Assembly: GCA_951406725.2 (NCBI GenBank)
Contig: OX597823.1
Coordinates: forward strand, 99,510,001-99,574,000
Reading direction: 5' to 3'
DNA from: Octopus vulgaris
Lineage: Eukaryota
DNA length: 64,000 bases
Shown: one piece after another, positions 52,578 to 64,000 of the stretch
How the letters are laid out: each line of letters opens with the position of its first letter
Position numbering within the stretch: position 1 is the stretch's first letter
The notes under the pieces: model-generated
What the model was told of the DNA's origin: nothing
Databases searched by the model: none
Seen by the model: only the letters and a program-made list of their open reading frames with translations
Program-made: the position numbers and the translations under genes

Positions 52578-55500
52578 ATGACGCCACTGCTCCCCATCCC
52601 TGGGCCTCTAGGGCCCATACCTTCCACACCCTCAGGGTTGGCACTCTCAATGTAGGCACACTGAAAGGTAGGTCTGGTGAGATTGTTGAGAAGCTTGAAC
52701 GGAGACGTGTTGATATATGTTGCATCCAAGAAGTAAGGTGGAGAGGCGGTTCTGCTAGGTACCTCACAGGCAAAGAACACAGGTACAAGATTTTCTGGGC
52801 AGGAAACACTGACGGGGTTGGAGGCATGGGTATACTTCTCGCTGAAAAATTGGTAGATAAGGTACTTGAGGTAATCAGAGTAAGTAACAGAATACTTAAG
52901 ATTAGAATAGTGCTTCATCATAGATTAGCAACCATTATATCGGCCTATGCTCCTCAGAAGGGCTACCCGATGGACAGAAAGACAGTTTCTATGACACCCT
53001 ACTGCAGACTACCTCATTGACGAACGACAGGGACCTTCTCTTTGTGGCTGGTGACTTCAATGGGCATGTTGGACAACATGCTGGGGGCTTCCATAATGTA
53101 CATAGAGGCTACGGTTATGGTTCCTGCAACAAGGAGGTTACCAGGCTGCTGGAGTTCTGCGATGTGAATAGTCTTATGGTTTGCAACACTAACTTCAGGA
53201 AACCGACAAGCCAGTTGGTCACCTACCGATCGGGCCGGCATACTAGCCAAATCGACTACATCCTTGCCAGAAAAAGGGAAAGATGGCTGCTTATAAATGC
53301 CAAAACCTTCCCAGGCGAAGAATGTACCCCGCAACATAGAGTGGTAGTTAGTGACTTTAGGATCAGGACTAAGAGGACAACTAGAAGACGACCAACATGG
53401 AGAAGAAGGATCTGGAAGCTTAAAGAGACCTGCGAATGGACAGAGATTTAGAGATACATTACTTGAAGCCTTTGACGAAATAGAAGTGGGTATAGCTACA
53501 CATGGGGTAGAAGACAACTGGACGCTTCTGAGGGACAACCTGCTGAAAGCCACTGACCAGATCTGTGGCTGGTGCAAAGTCCCCTCAAGACCCAAAATAA
53601 CGTGGTGGTGGAACAATATTGTTGACAGGGCTATTAGACAAAAGAAACAGGCTTGGAAGAACTGGAAGAACGGTGGTGGCAGGGTAGTGTATCAGACTGC
53701 CAGAAGGGAAGCTAGGAGGCTGGTGTATTTAGCCAGAGGTTGAAGCAGATAAGAAAAAAATTTGCCAATGTTCTACACCGTGAGGATGAAAGACTTGAGG
53801 TATTTCATGTTGCAAGACAGTGTGTGAGAGAGAATCGTGACGTGGTAGGAGAGAAATGTGTTCGCAAGGATGACGGTTCACTTGCGCTAAATGAGGATGT
53901 AAAGAGAGAGATTTGGAGACGCCACTATGAAAGGTTGCTGAATGAGGAAAATGAATGGGATAAAGAGAGTCTGCCAAATGTCGACCCAACAGAGGGACCA
54001 GCAATCCGAGTTGACAGCTCCTTAGTAGTTAAGGCAATTACAAGCATGAAAACAGGGAAAGCCCCAGGCCCATCAGGAATTACTGCAGAGATGCTCAAAA
54101 TATCTGGTAGTGTCGGCTATAGCCTAGTCACCCGTATAGTTAACCAGGTGATACATGAAGGAGTCATACCCAATGACTGGTGTAGCAGCATAATAGTCAA
54201 CTGCTACAAAGGTAAAGGTGACGCCCTAGATACAAATAACTACAGGGGTATCAAGCTGCTGGATCAGGTAATGAAGGTTATGGAGAAGGTTATAGCCCAA
54301 CAAATTAGAGAGAGAGTTAGCTTAGATGAGATGCAGTTTGGGTTCGTGCCAGGGAAAAGTACTACTGATGCTATATTCCTGGTAAGACAGCTGCAGGAGA
54401 AATACCTAGCCAAAGATAAGCCCCTGTACCTGGCTTTTGTTGACATGGAGAAAGCCTTCGACAGGGTCCCCCGATCCCTTATCTGGTGGTCAATGAGGAA
54501 ACTAGGGATAGATGAATGGTTAGTGAGAGCTGTGCGAGCCATGTACAGAGATGCTGCTAGTAAGGTGAGGGTTGGCAACGAGTACAGTGAAGAATTCCGG
54601 GTGGAGGTTGGGGTCCACCAAGGTTCAGTCCTCAGTCCCCTCCTATTTATCATAGTCCTCCAGGCAATAACGGAGGAATTCAAGACAGGATGCCCCTGGG
54701 AGTTCTTCTATGCTGATGACCTTGCTCTAACTGCCGAGTCACTATCAGAACTGGATGAGAAGTTTCAGGTATGGAAGCAAGGATTAGAATCGAAGGGCCT
54801 TAGAATCAACCTAGCCAAAACCAAAGTTCTAATAAATAGGAAGGTAGACCAATCACAAACGCCTTCAGGTAGATGGCCCTGCTCGATCTGTAAAAAAAGG
54901 TGTAGGTAGAAACTCTATAAGGTGCACCAAGTGTAAGCTATGGACACATAAGAGGTGCAGCAATGTCAAAGGAAGGCTAACTAGGAAAATAGTTTTTGGC
55001 TGTGGCAGATGCTCAGGAGCAATAAACACTGAAAATCTGCAGAAAACAACTTCCGTCACTTTCCAGGGGGAAAAACTAGAAGTAGTTGATAGCTTCCGTT
55101 ATCTAGGTGACCAAGTCAGTAGTGGGGGTGGGTGCGCTGAAAGTGTAACTGCTAGAGTAAGAATAGCCCGGGCAAAGTTCAGGGAGCTCTTACCTCTGCT
55201 GGTGACTAAAGGCCTCTCGCTCAGAGTAAAAGGCAGACTGTATGATGCATGTGTACGTACAGCCATGCTACACAGTAGTGAAACATGGGCTGTGACTGCT
55301 GAGGATATGCGTAAGCTCGCAAGAAATGAAGCCAGTATGCTCCGATGGATGTGTAATGTCAGTGTTCATAATCAACAGAGTGTAAGTACCTTGAGAGAAA
55401 AGTTGGACCTAAGAAGCATCAGTTTTGGTGTGCAAGAGAGACGTTTGCGCTGGTATGGTCATGTGACTAGAATGCCTGAAGATAGTTGTGTGCAAAAGTG

Positions 55501-56177
55501 CCACACCCTTGCAGTTGAGGGAACCTGTGGAAGATGTAGACCCAGGAAAACCTGGGACGAGGTGGTGAAGCACGACCTTCGAACTTTAGGTCTCACCGAG
55601 GAAATGACTAGAGACCGAGACCTATGGAAGTATGCTGTGCGTGAGAAGACCCAGCAAGGCTAGTGAGACCATAACCCGTGGCCTCTACCTGGTATGTAGC
55701 CAGTCAACTTATACATACCTTTCCTTCTTGGGACAAAAAACTCCACTTGTGAAGACCCATTGAGGCAAGTGAAAATCAAACCAAATCAAATCAGATATCA
55801 GGAAGCAGAACCAAAATGGAAGTCGATCAACATCAATGGAAATTGCGGCTGTGATACCAGTGCCGGTGACAAGTAAGCGAACCATCCGAATGTGGCGATT
55901 TCCAGCGCTGCCCCGACTGGCCTCCGTGCCGGTGGCACGTAAAAAGCACCATCCGTTCGTGACCATTGCCAGCCTCGCCTGGCACCTGTGCGGGTGGCAC
56001 ATAAAAAGCACCCACTACACTCACGGAGTGGTTGGCGTTAGGAAGGGCATCCAGCCGTAGAAACACTGCCAGATCAGACTGGGCCTGATGCAGCCTTCTG
56101 GCTTCACAGACCCCAGTTGAACCATCCAACCCATGCTAGCATGGAAAGCGGACGCTAAATAATGATGATGATGATGA
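52578..56177 (+). mobile_element. Near full-length RTE-clade LINE (APE + RT + PHD-like finger), frameshifted
   Basis: APE motifs TLNVGTL, IQEVRW, GDFNGHVG, IDYIL, PQHR; RT motifs KAPGPSG, YRGIKLL, QFGF, DMEKAFD, QGSVLSP, YADD; stop at 55661-55663. Frameshifts near 52960, 53425, 53740 and 54895; about 510 bp 3' UTR with (GAT)n. Confidence 0.97.
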
Positions 56178-56209
56178 TGTATGTTTGCATATATATATGT
56201 GTGTGTATG

Positions 56210-56242
<33 letters not shown>

Positions 56243-56259
56243 GTGTATACATACATGTA

Positions 56260-56295
<36 letters not shown>

Positions 56296-56298
<3 letters not shown>

Positions 56299-57192
56299 CT
56301 TATCTTATCTTATCTAGTTTCAGCTCACGAGCTGTGGCCATGCTGGGGCACTGCGATTCACTGTTGCTACATGATCTTACTTTACGAATGCTTTTTAGCA
56401 ATTGACATTTGGTGTATGAGAGAGTTCGATGCAGCTGCCCTCATCTACACCTCCTGCCGTGAAGTTGGTTCATCTGGGACACCTGACAGGAAGAGATCCA
56501 GTTTTATTTTAAAGACATCTGCATCCACCCCATGCAGGTCTCTCAGGTCCTTCGGGAGGATATTGAAGAGCTGTGGACCTCTGAAGCCCAGGCTATCACA
56601 GTATCTTGTCCTACATCTTGATGGCAAATTTGGAGTCCTTGGCACTATGCAGTGGTGCCCAGTTCTAGTATTTGTGTAACTCTCGATGCCAAAGTTTGTG
56701 ACAAGCCCTTCCAGGATCTTCCAGATGTATATTATGGCATATCTTTCTTGCCTACGCTCTAAGGAATAGAGTCTTAATCTCTTGAGTCTTTCCCAGTAGC
56801 TTATATGCTGCACAGAGGCTATCTTCTTCATGTAGCTTTGTTGGATTACCTCAAGTTCTGTGATTAACTTGACACTGGATGGTGACCATAGCTGAGAGCA
56901 ATAGTCAAAGTGGCTTAGGACAAGTGTCCTCCAGAGGACCGTCATGGTTTCCTATTCCCTTGTTCTAATAGCTCTAATAATCCATCCGGTCAGCCGCCTA
57001 CATTTCATTGCCAATTTAGCAACATGCACATGGAAGGTTGCATCATTACTTATGTAAATACCCAGGTCTCGCACTGATTGTGCCTCTGGGATTGCAATTC
57101 CTCCAGGTCTAGTGTAGTTATTGGGTATTGCATTTAGTTTTGCATGCTGATAGCATAAAGCTTGAAACTTTTCAGCATTGAACTGAATGCTA
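56296..57192 (-). mobile_element. 5'-truncated CR1-group LINE family 1
   Basis: ORF 56445-56945 is nearly identical to ORF 59428-60120; (GATAA)n tail. Confidence 0.95.
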
Positions 57193-57368
57193 TATATATA
57201 TAAATAAGGATAAGATCATTAATTTAAAAATAAAACAACAAACTTATCAAGTGGTCAGCATGGAAAAAATAACCTTCAAAGGTAATAATTATTACAATTA
57301 TATATTAGGGTATCTACGAGATACCACCAATCTGAAAATAGCAGCCATATATATATATGTATGTATGT

Positions 57369-57422
<54 letters not shown>

Positions 57423-57455
57423 TTATTTATATATATGTATGTATGTGTGTGTGTA

Positions 57456-57666
57456 GACTCGTTAGCGTGCCGGGCGAAATGCTTAGCGGTATTTCGTCTG
57501 TCGTTACGTTCTGAGTTCAAATTCCGCCAAGGTCGACTTTACCTTTCATCCTTTCGGGGTCGATAAATAAAGTACCAGTTTCGCACTTGGTGGGGGGGGG
57601 GGCTCGATGTAATCGACTTAACCCCTTTGTCTGTCCTTTATGTTTAGCCCCTTGTGGGCAATAAAG

Positions 57667-57671
<5 letters not shown>
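57456..57671 (+). mobile_element. SINE family A
   Basis: cgttagcgtgccgggcgaaatgcttagcggtatttcg..gagttcaaattccgcc..ccccttgtgggcaataaagaaata. Confidence 0.9.
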
Positions 57672-57760
<89 letters not shown>

Positions 57761-57791
57761 ATATATATATATGTATGTATGTATGTGTGTA

Positions 57792-57822
<31 letters not shown>

Positions 57823-57825
57823 GTG

Positions 57826-58690
57826 TCATCATCATCATCATCCTCATTTAACGTCCGCTTTCCATGCTAGCATGGGTTGGACGGTTCAACTGGAGTCTGG
57901 GGAGCCCGAAGGCTGCACCAGGCCAGTCAGATCTGGCAGTGTTTCTACAGCTGGATGCCCTTCCTAACGCCAACCACTCCGAGAGTGTAGTGGGTGATTT
58001 TATGTGCCACCGACACAGGTGCCAGACGAGGCTGGCGAACGGCCACGCTCGGATGGTGTTTTTTTTTTATGTGCCACCGACACAGGTGCCAGACGAGGCT
58101 GGCAGACGGCCACGCTCGGATGGTGTTTTTATGTGCCACCGACACAAGTGCCAGATGAGGCTGGCGAACGGCCACGATCGGATGGTGTTTGTTACGTGCC
58201 CGGATGGTGTTTGTTACATGCCCACAGCACGGAGGCCAGTCGATGCGGTACTGGCTACGGCCACGTTCGGATGGTTTTCTTGTGTGCCACCGGCACTGGT
58301 ACCACAAGATACAAATTCCATTGATGTTCATCTATTTTGATTTGGTTTGATTTTCACTTGCCTCAACAGGTCTTCACAAGTGTCATAAGAAGGAAGGTAT
58401 GCACAGGTAGCCTGACTACGTCCCAGGTAGGGGCCACGGGTTATGGCCTGACTAGTCTTGCCGGGTCTTTGGATGGTGTTTTTATGTGCCACCAACACAG
58501 GTGCCAGATGAGGCTGGCGAACGGCCATGATCGGATGGTGTTTGTTACGTGCCCACAGCACGGAGGCCAGTCGATGTGGTACTGGCTACCGCCACGTTCG
58601 GATGGTTTTCTTGTGTGCCACCGGCATTGGTACCACAAAGATACAAATTCCATTGATGTTCATCTATTTTGATTTGTTTTGATTTGATTT
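57826..58690 (-). mobile_element. RTE 3' UTR with expanded ~60 bp units and internal duplication
   Basis: Units tgtgccaccgacacaggtgccagacgaggctggcgaacggccacgctcggatggtg repeated; 58470-58690 re-duplicates about 58120-58345. Confidence 0.92.
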
Positions 58691-58698
58691 GATTATGA

Positions 58699-58799
<101 letters not shown>

Positions 58800-58838
58800 G
58801 TGTATATATATATGTGTGTATGTATGTGTGTATATATA

Positions 58839-58869
<31 letters not shown>

Positions 58870-58894
58870 GTGTATATATATATGTATATATGTA

Positions 58895-60203
58895 TGTCTG
58901 TGCTGAAACGACTGCTCAACCACTCAAATGTGGAAGTCATATATCTCGACTTTGCAAAGGCCTTTGATAAAGTCGATCATGGAATGATATGTCACAAACT
59001 GTGTGATCTTGGCATAGTTGGAAAATTGGGAGAATGGCTTCATGTCTTTCTGAAGGATAGAAGTCAGGTGGTAGTAGCCAATGGGGCCACTTCCATTAAC
59101 ATGCAAATAGTGAGCGGTGTTCCGCAAGGCACTGTCTTGGGACCACTACTGTTCATAATGGCCCTCTCAGACATGCCCTCAGCCACGCAGAGAGCCACGA
59201 TAACAAGTTATGCAGATGATACAAAAGTTTCACAGGCAATACAGAACCCTGAAGACACCAAGCACCTGCAATGTGAGCTGGACAAAATATACAAGTGGGC
59301 TGAAAAGAATAGCATGCAGTTCAATGCTGAAAAGTTTCAAGCTTTATGCTATTAGCATGCAAAACTAAATGCAATACCCAATAAATACACTGGACCTGGA
59401 GGAATTGCAATCCCAGAGGCACAATCAGTGCGAGACCTGGGTATTTACATGAGTGATGATGCAACCTTTCATGTGCATGTTGCTAAATTGGCAATGAAAT
59501 GTAGGTGGCTGACCGGATGGATTATTAGAACCTTTAGAACAAGAGACCAGGAAACCATGATGGTCCTCTGGAGGACACTTGTCCTAAGCCACTTTGACTA
59601 TTGCTCTCAGCTATGGTCACCATCCAGTGTCAAGTTAATCACAGAACTTGAGGTGATCCAACGAAGCTACATGAAGAAGATAGCCTCTGTGCAGCATATA
59701 AGCTACTGGGAAAGACTCAAGAGATTAAGACTCTATTCCTTAGAGCGTAGGCAAGAAAGATATGCCATAATATACATCTGGAAGATCCTGGAAGGGCTTG
59801 TCCCAAACTTTGGCATCGAGAGTTACACAGATACTAGAACTGGGCACCACTGCATAGTGCCAAGGACTCCAAATTTGCCATCAAGATGTAGGACAAGATA
59901 CTGTGATAGCCTGGGCTTCAGAGTTCCACAGCTCTTCAATATCCTCCCGAAGGACCTGAGAGACCTGCATGGGGTGGATGCAGATGTCTTTAAAATAAAA
60001 CTGGATCTCTTCCTGTCAGGTGTCCCAGATGAACCAACTTCACGGCAGGAGGTGCAGATGAGGGCAGCTGCATCGAACTCTCTCATACACCAAATGTCAA
60101 TTGCTAAAAAGCATTCGTAAAGTAAGATCATGTAGCAACAGTGAATCGCAGTGCCCCAGCATGGCCACAGCTCGTGAGCTGAAACTAGATAAGATAAGAT
60201 AAG

Positions 60204-60207
<4 letters not shown>
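58895..60207 (+). mobile_element. 5'-truncated CR1-group (Jockey superfamily) LINE family 1
   Basis: [52 protein letters not shown]; one internal stop at 59353 (CAG in the inverted copy); (GATAA)n tail. Confidence 0.96.
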
Positions 60208-60269
<62 letters not shown>

Positions 60270-60469
60270 GTATGTATGTATATAAATGTATGTATGTATG
60301 TGTATTTGTATGTATGTGTATATATATATATATGTATGTATATATATATGTATGTATGTGTATATATATATATATGTATATATATATGTATGTATATATG
60401 TGTATATATATATGTATGTATGTATATGTGTATATATATATTTATATTTATGTATGTGTATATATATAT

Positions 60470-61513
60470 CGCTACTCTTCATAATTTACATAAACGACCT
60501 TTCCAGTGTCGTACATTACTGCAAAGTGAAAATATTTGCTGATGACACTAAACTCCAGCAAATCATTAATGAAGAAGCAGACCGAACTCAACTCCAGTCT
60601 GATCTATATGCTGTGAGTCAATGAGCAGACAGAAACAATATGCAACTGAACAAGGGAAAATTTGAGCTGATGCATTTTGGAAGAAATTCCTCACTAAAAC
60701 AGCCATACTCTCTTCCTTCAGGGGAACAGCTCACAGCCTCTAACAATATCAGAGACCTGGGTGTAATTGTTGATGACGATCTCAGTTGGAGTGCCCACAT
60801 CTACAAGAAGGTCGATATAGCTCGTAGGATGAGTTCCTGGATCTTAAGAACTTTCCGGTCCAGAGAACAAGGTGTCATCATACCACTTTTCTCCTCCTTT
60901 GTACAGCCACACCTCGAATACTGCTGCCCACTGTGGTCTCCCCATACAAGACAAAACATCTTGAGGATTGAGTCACCCCAGAGGGCACTCACTAAACGAA
61001 TTGAAGGCATGGCTGCTCTCGATTATTGGGATCGCCTTAAAGCCTTGAAACTCTACTCTCTCCAGCGTCACCATGAGCGGTACATCATTTGTACGATGTG
61101 GAGAATATACCACCAACTTTGCCCAAACGACCTGAACATTAGCTTCAAGGTTCATCCAAGACTGGGACTACGGGCCATATGTCCTCTGCCCAATTCAAGA
61201 TCACAGCATACATGTACACTGCAACATAATTTCTTTTCCTCAACAGGCCCTGCTCTATTTAACATTGTCCCAAAAAAGATCAAAGAGGAAAAGGATCCCA
61301 TCAACTTTAAATGGAGTCTGGATAGATTCCTTCAAAGAATACCAGATAAGCCACCCATAATTGGATACAACTCATCCAACAAATACTTACTACTTGAATG
61401 GACCATAAACAAAACTTGACTTAAACAGGATTCGAATATTCCTATCAGGTGGTGCTATTAAGTTAGACATGGCCTGGACCAATCTTTGGTCGAAACATAT
61501 CTAAGTTTATCTA

Positions 61514-61519
<6 letters not shown>
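60470..61519 (+). mobile_element. 5'-truncated CR1-group LINE family 2
   Basis: [35 protein letters not shown]; stop at 60622; (CTAAGTTTAT)n tail. Confidence 0.95.
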
Positions 61520-61556
<37 letters not shown>

Positions 61557-62757
61557 GCATATATATATGTAAGTGGATTCACAACGCTTAACTAAGAACA
61601 TTGTCAGCCAGGTTACTGTGCAGGTAAACAACACCTTGAAAGCCTATAATAGAATGACAGTGAATTCGTTTCAATTCAGATACACCTTGAATGCTTACAC
61701 TTTAAAAAACCATGTCCAACAAAACTTCCCTACATTTGTGGGAACTGAAAATTCCAGTATTGTACTTGGCTAACAACAAACAATGCAATCTCTGTTTCCC
61801 ACAAAGCCTAAAAATTCTCTTTCCCAAAGCTTCTCTTCTGAACAAATATTTCATATGTTTTCTTCATGCACAAGGTTCTTAAGACATAGAACCATTTCAA
61901 ACCCATTAATTACCCTGAAAGGGTAATTGGTATATTAGTTTAAACTTTAATATGCCAAAGTTTTGACCCATAATCTCTCTTTTCCTTATTCTTTCCCATC
62001 TACCATATATACATATTTTTAAAAGTTGCACCTGCAGACAAGTTGCACATTTGTTTTGCACACAACATTCTTGGCTTAGTAATTGATTTGCATAGAATTC
62101 GAAGAATATATTTATCAATACTGCTTATATGTGCTTGGATGAAATTTCTATCTTAATATTCATAAGTAAACATATATTTCCCCATCATATATCTAATGAA
62201 GCTACAACTAAACGAATCCTTTAGAAGCTATTAACAAATTAAATTCATGTTAATGAGCTCTTACTTCTTTATATTTAATATTTCAATTCTATTTTATTTA
62301 ATTACATGTAACAATACATTTTATTAAATTTTATTGCATCCAATTACAAAATAAGTAACACACTCCAACCGCACTGGCATGTTCACAACATCTCTATTTT
62401 TTTTAATTATATCAAATATATTCTTGTGTAAAACATGTTTGGAAGCTAATCAGGTGGGAGGGGGGCAAATTACATATTCTATACATATAATACACTCAGA
62501 TGTTCTGCTCTACTTTCTATTAAGCAATAATAACACATGGTTACAATATTTAACTGGTTTCTCAGTTTGTCAATAAAGGATTTCACAAGTTTGTTTACCA
62601 ACAGTAAATTTTGGGATTGTAGTCTGCCCTTCCCCCTCCACCCACACAACGGTTTTGCCATCGTGAAATCACTTGAGGAATTTTGGTATTATTTTGGAAT
62701 CTGACAGTGTTGATAGCCCAGAACGTGGGTGGAGTGCTTCTCTGGAAATACTCTATA

Positions 62758-63021
62758 GGTGCAAGAGTGGCTGTGTGGTAAGTAGCTTGCTTACCAACCA
62801 CATGGTTCCGAGTTCAGCCCACTATGTGGCACCTTGGGCAAGTGTCTTCTACTATAACCTCGGGCCGACCAAAGCCTTGTGAGTGGATTTGGTAGACGGA
62901 AACTGAAAGAAGCCTGTCGTATATATGTATATATATATATGTGTATGTGTGTGTATGTATGTTTGTGTTTGTCCCCCCAACATCGCTTGACAACCGATGC
63001 TGGTGTGTTTACGTCCCCGTA
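62758..63021 (+). mobile_element. CORE-type tRNA-derived SINE family C, 3'-truncated
   Basis: gtggctgtgtggtaag..gagttcag (A/B-box-like), accttgggcaagt CORE-like motif, internal TA/TG repeat. Confidence 0.85.
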
Positions 63022-63089
63022 AAAGAGTAAAAAGAGTACCTTTATACCCTACCAGAACCCAAGGTAAATTATAGAATTTAGAAAGTATT

Positions 63090-63548
63090 ATACATCAGTG
63101 ACAAAGGCTGAGAAGGTTTGAAGGCTTCTGGACTTCTTGCAAGTCACTGCTGAGATGGTGTTCACTTCATTTTAATATATATATCGTGTTTGTAACACCA
63201 CATGTCTATGAAGAAATTTTCCCTCAGATAAAAACCATAGCATTCTGCCTTTCAATGGTAAGAATGGTACACAGATGGCTATTTTTATTTAATGCTGCTT
63301 CAGTTGCATTCACTGAGTTTATTACAACCCAGCAAGGTTTATGCGATACCAGTGACTGTATTATTTACTGCTTCATATGTGTTGGAGGAAAGAGTTTAAG
63401 CATTTGGTGGGCAGATACACATCATTGACAAAGCCCAAAAAGGCTGGAATACATCTAGTGTTCTTGTGAGTCACTGCTGAGATGATGTTTGCCTTGCTAC
63501 AATATATAATGTATTTTTAATACAGACAAAAACCACAGTATCGTGCCA
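63090..63548 (+). repeat. Degenerate 327 bp-period direct repeat (about 1.4 copies)
   Basis: agtcactgctgagatg exact at 63142 and 63469; flanking catca.tgacaaag and caga.aaaaacca.ag are also shared. Confidence 0.7.
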
Positions 63549-63559
63549 TTACGTTTTGA

Positions 63560-63695
63560 GAGCAGGCAGAATCATTAGCATGTTAGTGGAATTTCTTCCA
63601 GCTTTACATTCTGAGTTCAAGTTCAACCAAGGTCAACCTTGTCATTCTTTCTTTTAAGGTCAATGAAACAAATACCAGTTGAGCATTGATTGTCA
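63560..63695 (+). mobile_element. SINE family A, degenerate
   Basis: ggcagaatcattagca..ttctgagttcaag..aggtcaac..aaataccagttg. Confidence 0.7.
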
Positions 63696-64000
63696 CTGAA
63701 GCTGAAAGAAAAGATGTATGCTGCAAATGTGAGACGCAGATATTGAACATGAAGAAGCAGAGGAAGCTGGAAAGAATGGAGATGGCAGAGTATTGCAAGA
63801 AAAGCTTTAAATTTTTCTCTTTTTCTAAATCTTCCCTCAATTTATCATCAAATAGCCACCAGCCTCCATTCTCTTACTAACATCCCTCAATTTTCTCCTT
63901 TTAGTTGTATCCATTGCATTTGAAATATCAAACCATTTGAGAAACTTTACATCAAAAATGCTCCGCCAAGTGTCAATAACTAATTTACCAATTTACAGAC

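Noticed and set aside
52578-55663. Active autonomous RTE
   Set aside because: At least four frameshifts and no 5' UTR; some could be sequencing errors in homopolymers, but activity cannot be claimed.

Overview
AT-rich, microsatellite-dense eukaryotic non-coding DNA. The repeat landscape (RTE and CR1-group LINEs, several tRNA-derived and CORE-type SINE families, a mariner, a Ty3/Gypsy remnant, very long TA/TG/CA microsatellites) looks like a coleoid cephalopod (Octopus-like) intron or intergenic region; that is an inference from repeat style, not a verified assignment. I could not recognise any host protein-coding gene, and most listed ORFs are microsatellite artefacts. The dominant structure is a ~12 kb transposon pile-up (about 49.8-61.6 kb). 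Nearly every element in it is joined to the next by a TA-rich microsatellite, and it holds two head-to-head inverted LINE pairs. The least expected signal is a set of at least five hammerhead-ribozyme-like motifs (13.7, 23.6, 28.3, 29.8, 42.1 kb, plus weaker ones at 16.9 and 63.4 kb). Two sit in ~305 bp monomer-plus-partial-repeat units (retrozyme / Penelope pLTR-like), and one lies downstream of a tRNA-like Pol III head inside a TSD-flanked 288 bp element. Also present: a 5S rRNA fragment fused to the exact 3' tail of the local CR1-group LINE (SINE3-like), a PHD-type C4HC3 finger right after the RT domain of the RTE ORF, a Gypsy fragment flanked by a 19 bp duplication, and several fold-back hairpins. 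All coordinates were read by eye, and identities are estimates.
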